DNA of 20,560 nt from Nanobdellota archaeon (GCA_021813435.1 JAKAKR010000002.1:1-20560), one strand, 5' to 3'; counted from the stretch's first letter, positions 1-8,695 are shown. Translations and numbers: made by a program. The notes: a model not told the origin generated them from the sequence alone.

Positions 1-1
1 C

Positions 2-136
2 AAATATGGAGATGCACTAAAAGCATATTCAATAAAAGGAAGACGCGCAGAAGTAACAACAAAAATATTAGCACATAACTTATGGAGAAGATTAATTCTC
101 AAAATCTACGAGCTTTGCAATATCGCCCAACCATAG
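2..136 (+). CDS. C-terminal fragment of a protein truncated by the left window edge; possibly a transposase tail
   Basis: Frame open from the window edge: KYGDALKAYSIKGRRAEVTTKILAHNLWRRLILKIYELCNIAQP*. The GRR...K.LAHN pattern resembles DDE transposase C-termini, recognised by eye only. Absent from the ORF track. Confidence 0.35.
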   Translation, partial: KYGDALKAYSIKGRRAEVTTKILAHNLWRRLILKIYELCNIAQP

Positions 137-241
137 AAACTTATTAAAAAACCAATAAATTAGGCCTAAACCGATAAAAACTATCCCTAAAATCAATGCA
201 ATTCTTAGCTCATTCCAGATTTTTTTATTGCTACGTTTCAT
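92..241 (-). CDS. Small single-pass membrane protein, hypothetical
   Basis: 49 codons: MKRSNKKIWNELRIALILGIVFIGLGLIYWFFNKFLWLGDIAKLVDFEN. Positive N-terminus plus one hydrophobic helix; overlaps the fragment at 2..136. Confidence 0.3.
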   Translation of the reverse strand: MKRSNKKIWNELRIALILGIVFIGLGLIYWFFNKFLWLGDIAKLVDFEN

Positions 242-265
242 TAGTAATAATTATTTTATAGATAA

Positions 266-1477
266 TTATTTCTTCAGCCACTCGACTTCTTCTTTCTCAA
301 GCTTTAATTCCTCAGTGAGTCTTTCAAGAAGTTTCTTGTCCTTGGATTTCTTGAATACTGCGCGGATATAATCGACTTCGTGAAATGCGCGCCGCGCAGA
401 AGTATGTGTCTGCATTGCGATCTTTTCTGCGATTGCAGTACGCCTGAGCTTTTTCTGGTTTGCAATCCATATCTTCAGAATGCGATCAGACTGCTTATAC
501 TCGACCGTATGAGTGTATCGCTCCTTCTTCGAGAGTGCAATACCGACTGAGAGGAGGTTGTAGATATAGACATAATACCGGTAATACTGCCACCGGCGGA
601 TGCGCCCGAAATATACATCCGCACGCGAAAGATTGTCATAGGCTGCTGCCAAATCCTCTGGTTTTGTATATTCTTTGGGAAGATTCTCATCAAGCCACAT
701 GAAGATCTTATCAATATCCTCATCAATATGCTCGTACGCACTGATGGCAATATCTGGATTTGTGGTCTTGAACACCTTGAGAAGCGCCTGCGCGATGGAT
801 TCCTCGCGTTCACGCTCGCCAGTCTCCAATACGTCCTTCTTGGTGATCTTTTTTGTTCCTGAAGCGACGTTCTGAAAATCATTCAATGCAGACCGCAGAT
901 CGCCCTTGGACATGCGTGCAAGCTGGCTTAATGCATCTTCTTCATAAGGGATATTCTCTTTTTCAGCAATTTTTTTCAGGAAACCTGCAGTCTCAAGAAA
1001 ACCGATGGCCTTGAACTCGACCATGATGCACATCTTGCGCAGGGGATTGAACTTCTGCTCAAAAGGATCGTTTGCCGTAAGGATGATAGGAAATGAGGAT
1101 TCCTCGATGAACTTGATGAGTGTCGGGATGCCGCCGCGATCATTGGTTCCGGAAATACCGTCGATCTCATCAATGAGGATGATCTTTCCCCGACCAAAGA
1201 GCGATTGTTGTTTTATTGCAGGAAGGATCTTTTGCTCAAGTCCCTCGGTGTTTCGCGTATCAGATGCATTGACCTCGATAAGTTCAAGATCTAATTCATT
1301 TGCAAGTGCAGTGATGGCGCTCGTCTTTCCGGTTCCCGTCGGACCATATACTAGCAGCGCCTTTCTGACTTTTTTTGCACCATGCTCTGCAACATGCTTT
1401 TTGATGGTCGTGATATTCTCGTCCTGGCCAATGATCTCCTTGGTCGATTTTGGCTCATATTTCTGGGTTAACTGCAT
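266..1477 (-). CDS. rfcL: Replication factor C large subunit (clamp loader AAA+ ATPase)
   Basis: MQLTQKYEPKSTKEIIGQDENI, Walker A VYGPTGTGKT, Walker B IILIDEIDGI, SASDTRN-like VNASDTRN, MSKGDLRSALNDFQ: archaeal RfcL pattern. Confidence 0.95.
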   Translation of the reverse strand: MQLTQKYEPKSTKEIIGQDENITTIKKHVAEHGAKKVRKALLVYGPTGTGKTSAITALANELDLELIEVNASDTRNTEGLEQKILPAIKQQSLFGRGKIILIDEIDGISGTNDRGGIPTLIKFIEESSFPIILTANDPFEQKFNPLRKMCIMVEFKAIGFLETAGFLKKIAEKENIPYEEDALSQLARMSKGDLRSALNDFQNVASGTKKITKKDVLETGEREREESIAQALLKVFKTTNPDIAISAYEHIDEDIDKIFMWLDENLPKEYTKPEDLAAAYDNLSRADVYFGRIRRWQYYRYYVYIYNLLSVGIALSKKERYTHTVEYKQSDRILKIWIANQKKLRRTAIAEKIAMQTHTSARRAFHEVDYIRAVFKKSKDKKLLERLTEELKLEKEEVEWLKK

Positions 1478-1505
1478 GATGATTGGAAGGAAGGAGTTTT
1501 TATAA
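1404..1505 (-). repeat. rfcL promoter plus first about 25 codons, source copy of the 102-bp duplication at 2151..2252
   Basis: 98/102 identity by manual alignment to 2151..2252, same orientation. Confidence 0.95.
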
Positions 1506-1565
1506 ATGTTACTGCAACGTTACTGCAACGAAAAAGTTTATAACGCCTGTTTATATGTCATATCC

Positions 1566-2078
1566 ATGGCTAAAAGTCCAGTCAGCGAAATCTGGAATTA
1601 TCGCGGGGAACAGATTGAATCATTCTGGTATACGGCGCATTCTTATAACGGATTGAAGCCAATCACACAAGTCTATGCCGTATGTTTTACCCGTGAAGGA
1701 AAAGTGATGGTGATTAGCGCAACAAGCTATAATGGATGGAATGTCGGCGGAGGAAAGCCAGAATCAAAAGAGACTCCACTGCAGACAATCCGGCGCGAGA
1801 TGAATGAAGAGGCATCAGTGGATCTGGCAAAGGCAAGGATGATCGGCTATTGCAAGACAAGAAACCTGAACAAGCAGGGAAAATGGATTTACCAATTGCG
1901 ATATGTTGCGCTCATTGATCGCATAAAACCGCTCAAACCCGATCCTGACAAAGGGATTCTGCGCAAGCGAAAATTTATCCGACCAGAAGAATTCACTCAC
2001 TATATCACTTGGGGTGTGAGCAAGGCAATATTTACCGCCGCATATGCTGAATTCAAGAAGTGGAAACAGAACAAATAA
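1566..2078 (+). CDS. NUDIX hydrolase family protein
   Basis: Nudix box GKPESKETPLQTIRREMNEEASV (GX5EX7REUXEE, final G replaced by S). Start chosen at 1566 (MAKSPVSEIW) because TTTATAA lies about 30 nt upstream; the track start 1506 lies upstream of that promoter-like element. Confidence 0.85.
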   Translation: MAKSPVSEIWNYRGEQIESFWYTAHSYNGLKPITQVYAVCFTREGKVMVISATSYNGWNVGGGKPESKETPLQTIRREMNEEASVDLAKARMIGYCKTRNLNKQGKWIYQLRYVALIDRIKPLKPDPDKGILRKRKFIRPEEFTHYITWGVSKAIFTAAYAEFKKWKQNK

Positions 2079-2080
2079 TC

Positions 2081-2151
2081 ATTCCCCAATAATCTTAATC
2101 AGAATCTTCTTGTTTTTCTGTCCATCGAATTCATCCGCAGATTTTTACAAA
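2081..2151. repeat. Direct repeat, left copy: remnant of a yjbQ 3' end
   Basis: 69/71 identical to 3871..3941. On the minus strand it reads [17 protein letters not shown] in one frame, matching the YjbQ C-terminus encoded at 3984..4040 ([17 protein letters not shown]). Confidence 0.9.
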
Positions 2152-2252
2152 TGGTCGTGATATTCTCGTCCTGGCCAATGATATCCTTGCTCGATTTGGG
2201 CACATATTTCTGGGTTAACTGCATGATGATTGGAAGGAAGGAGTTTTTATAA
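2151..2252 (-). pseudogene. Duplicated 5' fragment of rfcL with its promoter-like TATA
   Basis: Minus strand reads MQLTQKYVPKSSKDIIGQDENITTI and then runs into the adjacent yjbQ-tail repeat out of frame (CKNLRMNSMDRKTRRF*). 98/102 identity to 1404..1505. Confidence 0.9.
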
Positions 2253-2255
2253 CAG

Positions 2256-3005
2256 TTATTTATCTTTGCCTAATCTCTCTGAATTAATCCATACTTTATC
2301 AAAAATTATTTCTAAAGCTTTTGCAAAATCTTTATGATGGATTAATATCCCTAACGGTTCGTCTTTGTTCGTGCCAAGAAGCGCAACCATATTTTCGGCG
2401 ATATAAATAGTCATCGGCGTATCTTTGAGTTCATTAAATACTCGTGTTTCACGGTATTCTTTTTTATCTTTAGAGAATAACACATTTCTTGCTATAGTAC
2501 TATCCTCGCTTAATACTTTCAGCGGTATCTTATGTTTTACTCTATCTGCAATATGTCTTGGCGCATAGTAGGGTAATAGTGTTAACATTGCATTCGTATT
2601 ACTAAAACATCGCAATGGCTTGTTCACGTCAATGAGTGATTGATATACGGTTTTTACCCCTTCTTTGCTGACGAATAATTCAGTCCTCGGCAGATCGGGT
2701 CTTCCTGCTTCTAATGATTTTAGATTAGGGAGGATTTCTTTTATAGCGTTCTGCCTTTCTTCTAATAATTGGATTAATTTTTCTGGCGGTGCAGCTTCTA
2801 GATGCAGTACTTTATCTTGCATCATTGATGAAACTATCCCTTTGTCTCTAAGAGATTTAATAACGTCGTATATTGTTGTTCGCGAAACGTTTGAATCGAC
2901 GGCAATCTGTGTGGTTGTTGCGCTTCCTAATTTTAATAGTGAAATATAGACTATTGCTTCTTTTTCTGAAAGACCATATTCACGCAATTTATTTACTAGT
3001 GTCAT
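2256..3005 (-). CDS. TrmB-family transcriptional regulator
   Basis: N-terminal wHTH YGLSEKEAIVYISLLKLGSATTTQIAVDSNVSRTTIYDVIKSLRDKGIVS, followed by a TrmB-like C-terminal domain; SD-like GAGAGGGAT before ATG. Confidence 0.85.
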   Translation of the reverse strand: MTLVNKLREYGLSEKEAIVYISLLKLGSATTTQIAVDSNVSRTTIYDVIKSLRDKGIVSSMMQDKVLHLEAAPPEKLIQLLEERQNAIKEILPNLKSLEAGRPDLPRTELFVSKEGVKTVYQSLIDVNKPLRCFSNTNAMLTLLPYYAPRHIADRVKHKIPLKVLSEDSTIARNVLFSKDKKEYRETRVFNELKDTPMTIYIAENMVALLGTNKDEPLGILIHHKDFAKALEIIFDKVWINSERLGKDK

Positions 3006-3122
3006 ATCCCTCTCAAGACGTCCGGTATTTATATAGTTTATTGTTGTCGAATTTCCACGAATAAATTATAAATAGATTATCACTTCATAGTTATTACATT
3101 TAATATTTTATCGGAGGCACAC

Positions 3123-3788
3123 ATGAATAATCCCACCATCAATGAAACAGCAGTAGATAACATTGCAAAGAAATATTTTCCAGAACTTCCCACTGTTGTA
3201 GCGGAGAACGATGTCAATTTGTTACCTTTAGCAAGACAACTATATGTCTATAAAAGTGAAATCATTGTTAACGGAAATTATCGCTTTCGGATAGATGAAG
3301 TCGGATCGCAAGTGATCCGTGAATCTCACGAAGATACGTTGATGCGGCTTCGGCAACGAGCCCAATATCGCCGTACTCCATTAACTTTTCTCTATTCGTT
3401 ATTAGAAACAAATTTTGAAAATAAAAATGCAATATTAAAATATTTTCCTTTGTCTATTACTGAAACGATTAATACACTTGTAAGAGATGTAGATTTTGAA
3501 ACCTACAAATTACGACTTTTTGCAGGTCAAGAATCCGCGCAAAGAATGGCGGTTGAAATGGAAGAAAAATGGGTGTGTGAAGAAGTGCCATATTCTGATC
3601 CTACGTCGGTTTTTTATAACCCTAATTTGCCTTATGGAGGAATTGCTGCTGTAGACTGGCATAGTAAACCATTGACTGAAGAAAAAGTTCAAGAACTTAT
3701 TAACTTGTATATCCCTTTAGCAAACAGATTAGGAGCGCGTTCATTGGCCGAATCAATGGGAAAAGCATTAGCAGGAAGTTTGCATTAA
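3123..3788 (+). CDS. Hypothetical protein, 221 aa, divergent from the TrmB-like gene
   Basis: Long ORF with GGAGG upstream of ATG; no recognised family. Confidence 0.7.
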   Translation: MNNPTINETAVDNIAKKYFPELPTVVAENDVNLLPLARQLYVYKSEIIVNGNYRFRIDEVGSQVIRESHEDTLMRLRQRAQYRRTPLTFLYSLLETNFENKNAILKYFPLSITETINTLVRDVDFETYKLRLFAGQESAQRMAVEMEEKWVCEEVPYSDPTSVFYNPNLPYGGIAAVDWHSKPLTEEKVQELINLYIPLANRLGARSLAESMGKALAGSLH

Positions 3789-3797
3789 TAGTATTTT

Positions 3798-3827
3798 TGA
3801 ATTTTTTTGTAATCTTTTTTCGAAGAA
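3798..3827 (+). terminator. T-rich putative terminator after the 221-aa gene
   Basis: tttttgaatttttttgtaatcttttttc just after the stop; archaeal oligo-T termination pattern. Confidence 0.4.
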
Positions 3828-3870
3828 TATCTGAAACTTTTGAAGGATCGGCAGGTATCTAAAAATCGTT

Positions 3871-3941
3871 ATTCCCCAATAATCTTAATCAGAACCTTCT
3901 TGTTTTTCTGTCCATCAAATTCATCCGCAGATTTTTACAAA
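3871..3941. repeat. Direct repeat, right copy: remnant of a yjbQ 3' end
   Basis: Matches 2081..2151 with 2 mismatches. Minus strand reads KSADEFDGQKNKKVLIKIIGE*. Confidence 0.9.
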
Positions 3942-3983
3942 GAATCTGGTAAAAAGTGCGGGTTGAATTTCGTTCAAGCCCGC

Positions 3984-4403
3984 TCACTCGCCTATGATTT
4001 TTATTAATATCTTTTTATTCCTTTGCCCGTCAAACTCGCCGTAAAATATCTCTTCCCAGGGGCCGAAATCCAGTTTGCCATTCGTGATCGCGACAGTGGC
4101 TTCGCGGCCCATGATGGTCCGTTTCAGGTGCGCGTCTGCATTGGACTCGCCGGTCTGGTGATGCAAGTAGCCGGTTTTTTCCGGCGCAAGTTCCTCAAGC
4201 CAGTGGAGAAAATCCTGTTTGAGTCCTGATTCTTCATCATTGATGAATACTGAAGAAGTGATATGCATGGAATTGACTAAACATAATCCCTCGCTGATGC
4301 CTGATTCCTCGACTGCAGCAGCTACCGCACGGGTGATATTGACGATTTCTTTATTCTTTTTTGTGTTCACAACAAGATACTTGGTATACGTCTTCATCAG
4401 CAC
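3984..4403 (-). CDS. yjbQ: YjbQ/UPF0047 family protein
   Basis: [75 protein letters not shown]: characteristic UPF0047 motifs. Confidence 0.92.
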   Translation of the reverse strand: MLMKTYTKYLVVNTKKNKEIVNITRAVAAAVEESGISEGLCLVNSMHITSSVFINDEESGLKQDFLHWLEELAPEKTGYLHHQTGESNADAHLKRTIMGREATVAITNGKLDFGPWEEIFYGEFDGQRNKKILIKIIGE

Positions 4404-4412
4404 TACCTGGCT

Positions 4413-4628
4413 CTAACTATTCGTAGGGTTATGCGTGACGAGGGTCCGCTGGACTGGGGGAAGTGTTGCAGCGCTTGTGACAGTTGCAGTTGCTGCGCCT
4501 GCAGTGTCGCGAGAAGTCGTTGCCTGCGCAATCCCGGTATTTTGGGAGACCACAAACCACGTGATTCCGACAATGAGCACTATTGCAATGATTGCAAGAA
4601 TATAATTGCGTGATTCAGAAGATTTCAT
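4413..4628 (-). CDS. Small secreted or membrane-anchored protein, hypothetical
   Basis: 71 aa; N-terminal TM helix YILAIIAIVLIVGITWFVV followed by an Ala/Thr-rich tail. Confidence 0.5.
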   Translation of the reverse strand: MKSSESRNYILAIIAIVLIVGITWFVVSQNTGIAQATTSRDTAGAATATVTSAATLPPVQRTLVTHNPTNS

Positions 4629-4651
4629 AAGACCACCCTATGCGTCAAGAT

Positions 4652-5587
4652 TTATAAATTTTGCTCAAGAATCTTCTTGATATATCCGCTTTTGCCATCC
4701 TGCTTGTGGATTCGCGCAAGCTTGAGTAGCGCGCGATCAAAACTTGAACCATACTGCGCGGCGCGCTTTGGGCGCTCGCTGAATGTTCCCAGGAGGGGTT
4801 CAGCGGCTTTGCGCAGGATCATCTTGCTCCCATTTGCATTGATCTTGTACTGTATGGGGATCCTGAGCGAGTATCGCATCAATTCCTCATCAAGAAATGG
4901 AGTGGTGAATGCAAATCCGAGCGCCTGCGGGATTGCAGTGTCGCGCAAAAGGTCGCGCGCATACATCTTGAAGAGTCCGTCAGTACATTCAGCATTGGTA
5001 GGATTGAGTTTGTGCCGCTCATATCCGGCGTATAATTCCTCAGAGCCAAGCCCTGAAAAGAATATCTTCTCATGGCGCGAGATAGAATGCGCTGCAACTT
5101 CGACAGCGCCGACTCCGACAGTTACGACATTGACAATATCTGTATGATACTGCTCTGATCCTTGTTTGAGGATCTGTATTGTTTTTGCGATTATCGGCTC
5201 CATCTCTTTTACAGTAAATATCTTCTCCTTAAATTCATCATCGCGTAATTTGAGGTGTTTTGCGACAAGACGCGCCTGGATGATGTCTTCCGGATCCTTG
5301 AAATCGCCGTCCTGGAATCCGACAGTGTAGCAGGTGAAATTTGCCTTGAATCTCTTGCAGAGCGCTGCAATATATGAACTGTCAAGTCCGCCGGAAAAAC
5401 AGATGCCGGCATGATCCACTCCTTCAAGACGTTCTTTGACTGCGGATTCGACAAGTCGCCGCAACTGGAGCGCGATAGCACCCGCAGAATCCTCAAGTTC
5501 AGTGTCTGACTGCAATGACCGGATTTTTGATTCCCACATATCTTGGGAAATGATATCATTATTTTTGATGAAGAATTCCTGCTTCAT
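4652..5587 (-). CDS. Asparagine-synthase-like PP-loop ATPase lacking the N-terminal glutaminase domain
   Basis: CFSGGLDSSYIAALC (SGGLDSS PP-loop), FSGLGSEELYAGYERHK, TPFLDEELMRYSLRIP; resembles the AsnB C-terminal domain. Confidence 0.85.
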   Translation of the reverse strand: MKQEFFIKNNDIISQDMWESKIRSLQSDTELEDSAGAIALQLRRLVESAVKERLEGVDHAGICFSGGLDSSYIAALCKRFKANFTCYTVGFQDGDFKDPEDIIQARLVAKHLKLRDDEFKEKIFTVKEMEPIIAKTIQILKQGSEQYHTDIVNVVTVGVGAVEVAAHSISRHEKIFFSGLGSEELYAGYERHKLNPTNAECTDGLFKMYARDLLRDTAIPQALGFAFTTPFLDEELMRYSLRIPIQYKINANGSKMILRKAAEPLLGTFSERPKRAAQYGSSFDRALLKLARIHKQDGKSGYIKKILEQNL

Positions 5588-5674
5588 ACTCTTAGAATCC
5601 TCCTGTCTTTTTTAAAATTTCCGCAAAAGTTCGTATCTATTACATTCTTTTTGTTCTGCTGGTGTCTTATAGGA

Positions 5675-5932
5675 TTACTGATGTTCTGCAAAATATTTTG
5701 CGGCATACGAGCATGTCGGGATGGCCTTGAGCCCGTGCTCCTTGAGGTATGCGGCGGCTGCATCGTATAATTGTTTTGCAATCCCCCTGCCACGCAAGGT
5801 CGCAGGGACAAAGGTGTGTGTGAATTCGAGCGCCCCAGGATGGATAGTATACTGTACGAAACATTTTTGTCCGTCTACCATACAATAGAACTCGTGCATG
5901 CTTTCATGATGAATGATGGCGATTGATTTCAT
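5675..5932 (-). CDS. GNAT-like small N-acetyltransferase (YjdJ/Acetyltransf_CG type)
   Basis: 85 aa with ALEFTHTFVPATLRGRGIAKQLYDAAAAYLKEHGLKAIPTCSYAAKYFAEH, matching the RGxGxA acetyl-CoA loop. Confidence 0.85.
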   Translation of the reverse strand: MKSIAIIHHESMHEFYCMVDGQKCFVQYTIHPGALEFTHTFVPATLRGRGIAKQLYDAAAAYLKEHGLKAIPTCSYAAKYFAEHQ

Positions 5933-5952
5933 GATATGTATTTCTTAACCGA

Positions 5953-6366
5953 TCATAGTGGTACGATGACATTATTGATGAAGAATTTTCGGTCATCATA
6001 TGTTCCATCGTTAAGATATATTTCTGCGGCGAGCGGTACATCAATATTAAATAATGCCTGATGTTTAAATGCATATTCGATGCGGACACATAATTTGTTT
6101 TCTGCTTGTGATGTTATTTTTATCTCAAGATTTCTACTGGTGTTCTTCAAACAACCGGAAAGCGGTATCTTTTCGATATGATAATTCTTGTTCTTTATGA
6201 TAAGTTTGTGCTGTTTAATGGTATAACTCGAGTTCTTTACATATTCATCAAATACGCGCAATGATTGCTTGATGCCCTGCATCGGCTTATCAAACAATCT
6301 TTCACAAGACTTCACGCCATCCTTGTACGAGGCTATGACAGTATCATATAAATCTTTTTTCTTCAC
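5953..6366 (-). CDS. Hypothetical protein, 137 aa
   Basis: ORF only. Confidence 0.5.
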   Translation of the reverse strand: MKKKDLYDTVIASYKDGVKSCERLFDKPMQGIKQSLRVFDEYVKNSSYTIKQHKLIIKNKNYHIEKIPLSGCLKNTSRNLEIKITSQAENKLCVRIEYAFKHQALFNIDVPLAAEIYLNDGTYDDRKFFINNVIVPL

Positions 6367-6469
6367 ACCCGCCCTCTCGTGCTCAATAATAAAAATATTT
6401 CGGTTTCTGCCAGAAACTTTCCGGTTTCTTGATACATATGTTTATAAGGAAGATTGCATTGTTGATAGC

Positions 6470-6937
6470 ATGGTCGCTTATTCGAATATTCCATTGAGCG
6501 AATTGTCTTGTGGTGAAGAAACAAATAGTGATGGCGTGCTTAATAAATTTGGTCGTGTACCGTTCTATCCGCAGAAAGCAAAACTTTCCATTGAGCAATT
6601 CGCGGAGTTCTATCTGAAGAGTCCACAATTAGCGCATTTTAAGGTATCGACCCGTAGAGAGATTGCGACGCGGGATATATTGGTAAACTACGCTCGATAT
6701 ATGCATACGATAACTACTCGTGTTGATACTCCCAATGCAGAGGATGCAGAACATCTTTTAGGCCTTACCTACGATCTTATCTATAAGACATATTTCCTAC
6801 AGCGCTACACGTATCAGTTTATCCGATCAAAAAAATCTTCCCAGGAATTCTTTGAAACATATGGCGATCGAATAAGCCGTATGGTTTTTGAAGATATCTG
6901 TCAGAATATTTGCATATCAGTAGATTACAAATCATAA
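6470..6937 (+). CDS. Hypothetical protein, about 155 aa
   Basis: Track ORF begins at 6269 but that part overlaps the minus-strand gene; ATG at 6470 (MVAYSNIPLSELSCGEE) is preceded by a TTTATAAGG element about 30 nt upstream. Confidence 0.55.
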   Translation: MVAYSNIPLSELSCGEETNSDGVLNKFGRVPFYPQKAKLSIEQFAEFYLKSPQLAHFKVSTRREIATRDILVNYARYMHTITTRVDTPNAEDAEHLLGLTYDLIYKTYFLQRYTYQFIRSKKSSQEFFETYGDRISRMVFEDICQNICISVDYKS

Positions 6938-6969
6938 AACTTTATAAAATATCACTGCTCCTTGTCCGT

Positions 6970-7527
6970 ATGGCATATGAAGTCGAGAAGCGGAGCAAAT
7001 TGACGCGGGCGCAGTATGCGCGTTTGCAGTCGCATCTTGATACCCATGCAACATTTTTGGGAGAAAAACGCCTCGACTCATTTCTCTTCAGAAAGCCGTC
7101 CTACCTGCGCATCCGTCTCAGTTCTGATGATCCGAATGTGTATATCACGGAAAAGACCGGAACATACGCAGATGCTGCGCGGTTCGAAAAAGATACAAAA
7201 ATCAAACGGGCTGCACTTCCCGGATTTGTGGACAAGCTCCAAAAGAGGGGTTTTCAGGAATGCGTCCCAGTCATCACCTATCGCCGAACCTATATATTAG
7301 ATGGTCTTAAAATGGAGCTTAACCGCATTAATTATCTCGGACTTATTTTAGAAGTTGAAGTCGTGACGAATAAGAAATCAGCAGTGCTTCAACTTGAACA
7401 GAAAGTAAGTCTTATGTTGACTCGATTGCGTGTAAAAGAATTACCTGCGAATATTTACCAAGGTATGCTTGATAGGAATTATCGTGATCATCTTGTTGAT
7501 ATCCGGAAGATATCTTTTGCACCATAG
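6970..7527 (+). CDS. CYTH-like (triphosphate tunnel / CyaB-like) domain protein
   Basis: MAYEVEKRSKL N-terminal E-x-E motif, YLRIRLSS, YITEKTG, LILEVEVV; TTTATAAAA about 30 nt upstream of ATG 6970. Confidence 0.6.
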   Translation: MAYEVEKRSKLTRAQYARLQSHLDTHATFLGEKRLDSFLFRKPSYLRIRLSSDDPNVYITEKTGTYADAARFEKDTKIKRAALPGFVDKLQKRGFQECVPVITYRRTYILDGLKMELNRINYLGLILEVEVVTNKKSAVLQLEQKVSLMLTRLRVKELPANIYQGMLDRNYRDHLVDIRKISFAP

Positions 7528-7607
7528 CGTTTATGTTATAGTAATTATTCTTCTTAAAGTAACCACTTAGCAATAGTAAACTTTATAAATACATGTTCCT
7601 TAGTTAA

Positions 7608-8408
7608 ATGATGAACAATTCAATAAAACGATTCCAGAATGTACTCGGCGTAAAATCACTTATTGCAGGAGTCTATACCACTGATGATAATCCGCAGCGA
7701 ATAGCTAATGAGCTTCGTTTTCTGAATAGTCTTGGTGTTGGATGTGCATATATTGAAGATGATACGAGCCTAGAGAATCCTGATCGTAAACCACAAAATA
7801 TCCAAACCATACGTTCTGCTCTTGAATTACTTGCAAATGATACTTTAAACATTAAAATCGGCGTCAATATTATGCCTAATCGTCAGGGAACAGAACACGA
7901 GATCGCATTTGATCTTGCAAAAACATATAGTCTTTCTTTTATCGTTGTTGATTTAGTCTACGGAACGCATAAGATTAAACGAAAAACATTAGATGCCGCA
8001 GGTAACGATTATGATCTCGTCAAGATCAATGCTGAATCCTATGCGCAAAAAAGAAGTGAAAACTCTGAACTTATTGTTATTGGAGGTTTTTCCTCACCGT
8101 ACGCAGAATCAGTATTTGATTCTGATTCTTTAGACCCGCTTACTGAAACAGGACGCAGGACAGATGCAATACTCTATAAGGCGTTGCCTGTTGAAAACAA
8201 AATTCCCCGTGAAGGACTTCGGGTCTATAAAACACTTAGTGAACTTCCCATTGTTGGCGCATCAAAAATAACACCTTCAAATATTATTGAAATCGCAGAT
8301 GTTGCAGACGCATTCATTGTGGGATCAAAATTACGTGATGAACACGGAAAATTATCTTTTTCAAACATCAATGCAATAGAAAAAGTTCTTTCACCGTACC
8401 GTCATTAA
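7608..8408 (+). CDS. BtpA-family-like TIM-barrel protein
   Basis: Alternating beta/alpha pattern and C-terminal LPIVGASKITPSNIIEIADVADAFIVGSKLRDEHGK; family assignment from memory. Confidence 0.5.
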   Translation: MMNNSIKRFQNVLGVKSLIAGVYTTDDNPQRIANELRFLNSLGVGCAYIEDDTSLENPDRKPQNIQTIRSALELLANDTLNIKIGVNIMPNRQGTEHEIAFDLAKTYSLSFIVVDLVYGTHKIKRKTLDAAGNDYDLVKINAESYAQKRSENSELIVIGGFSSPYAESVFDSDSLDPLTETGRRTDAILYKALPVENKIPREGLRVYKTLSELPIVGASKITPSNIIEIADVADAFIVGSKLRDEHGKLSFSNINAIEKVLSPYRH

Positions 8409-8411
8409 TTG

Positions 8412-8420
8412 TTTTTTTTT
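8412..8420 (+). terminator. Oligo-T terminator
   Basis: Nine consecutive T just past the stop of the 7608..8408 gene. Confidence 0.5.
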
Positions 8421-8695
8421 GCAGGGCCATTAATATACGACGCTTCAAAAAACTTTCCGGCATTTTTTCGTTTAATGTTCCAAATAATTTTTCCCAGTCC
8501 CGAACATGTATTCTTTGATTATTTGAAATCGATTGTTGAAAGTGGTTTAATTTCTTTTGGAATTAGTAATCTATTTGATTAAACTTTTTCTTTCACTGGA
8601 CATCTTCGCGCAGTGTATTTAAATCCTTCTTGATTTCTTCATACTGCTCCGTGCGATATTCTTAGTTTGTGGAGAATATCTTCGGAGGTAATCGT

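Noticed and set aside
1005-1505. 166-aa plus-strand ORF
   Set aside because: Antisense to the clearly conserved rfcL coding sequence; composition follows the opposite-strand gene.
3984-4040. Third exact copy of the 71-bp repeat at the true yjbQ 3' end
   Set aside because: Similarity here is at protein level only; nucleotide sequence is too diverged to be the same recent repeat.
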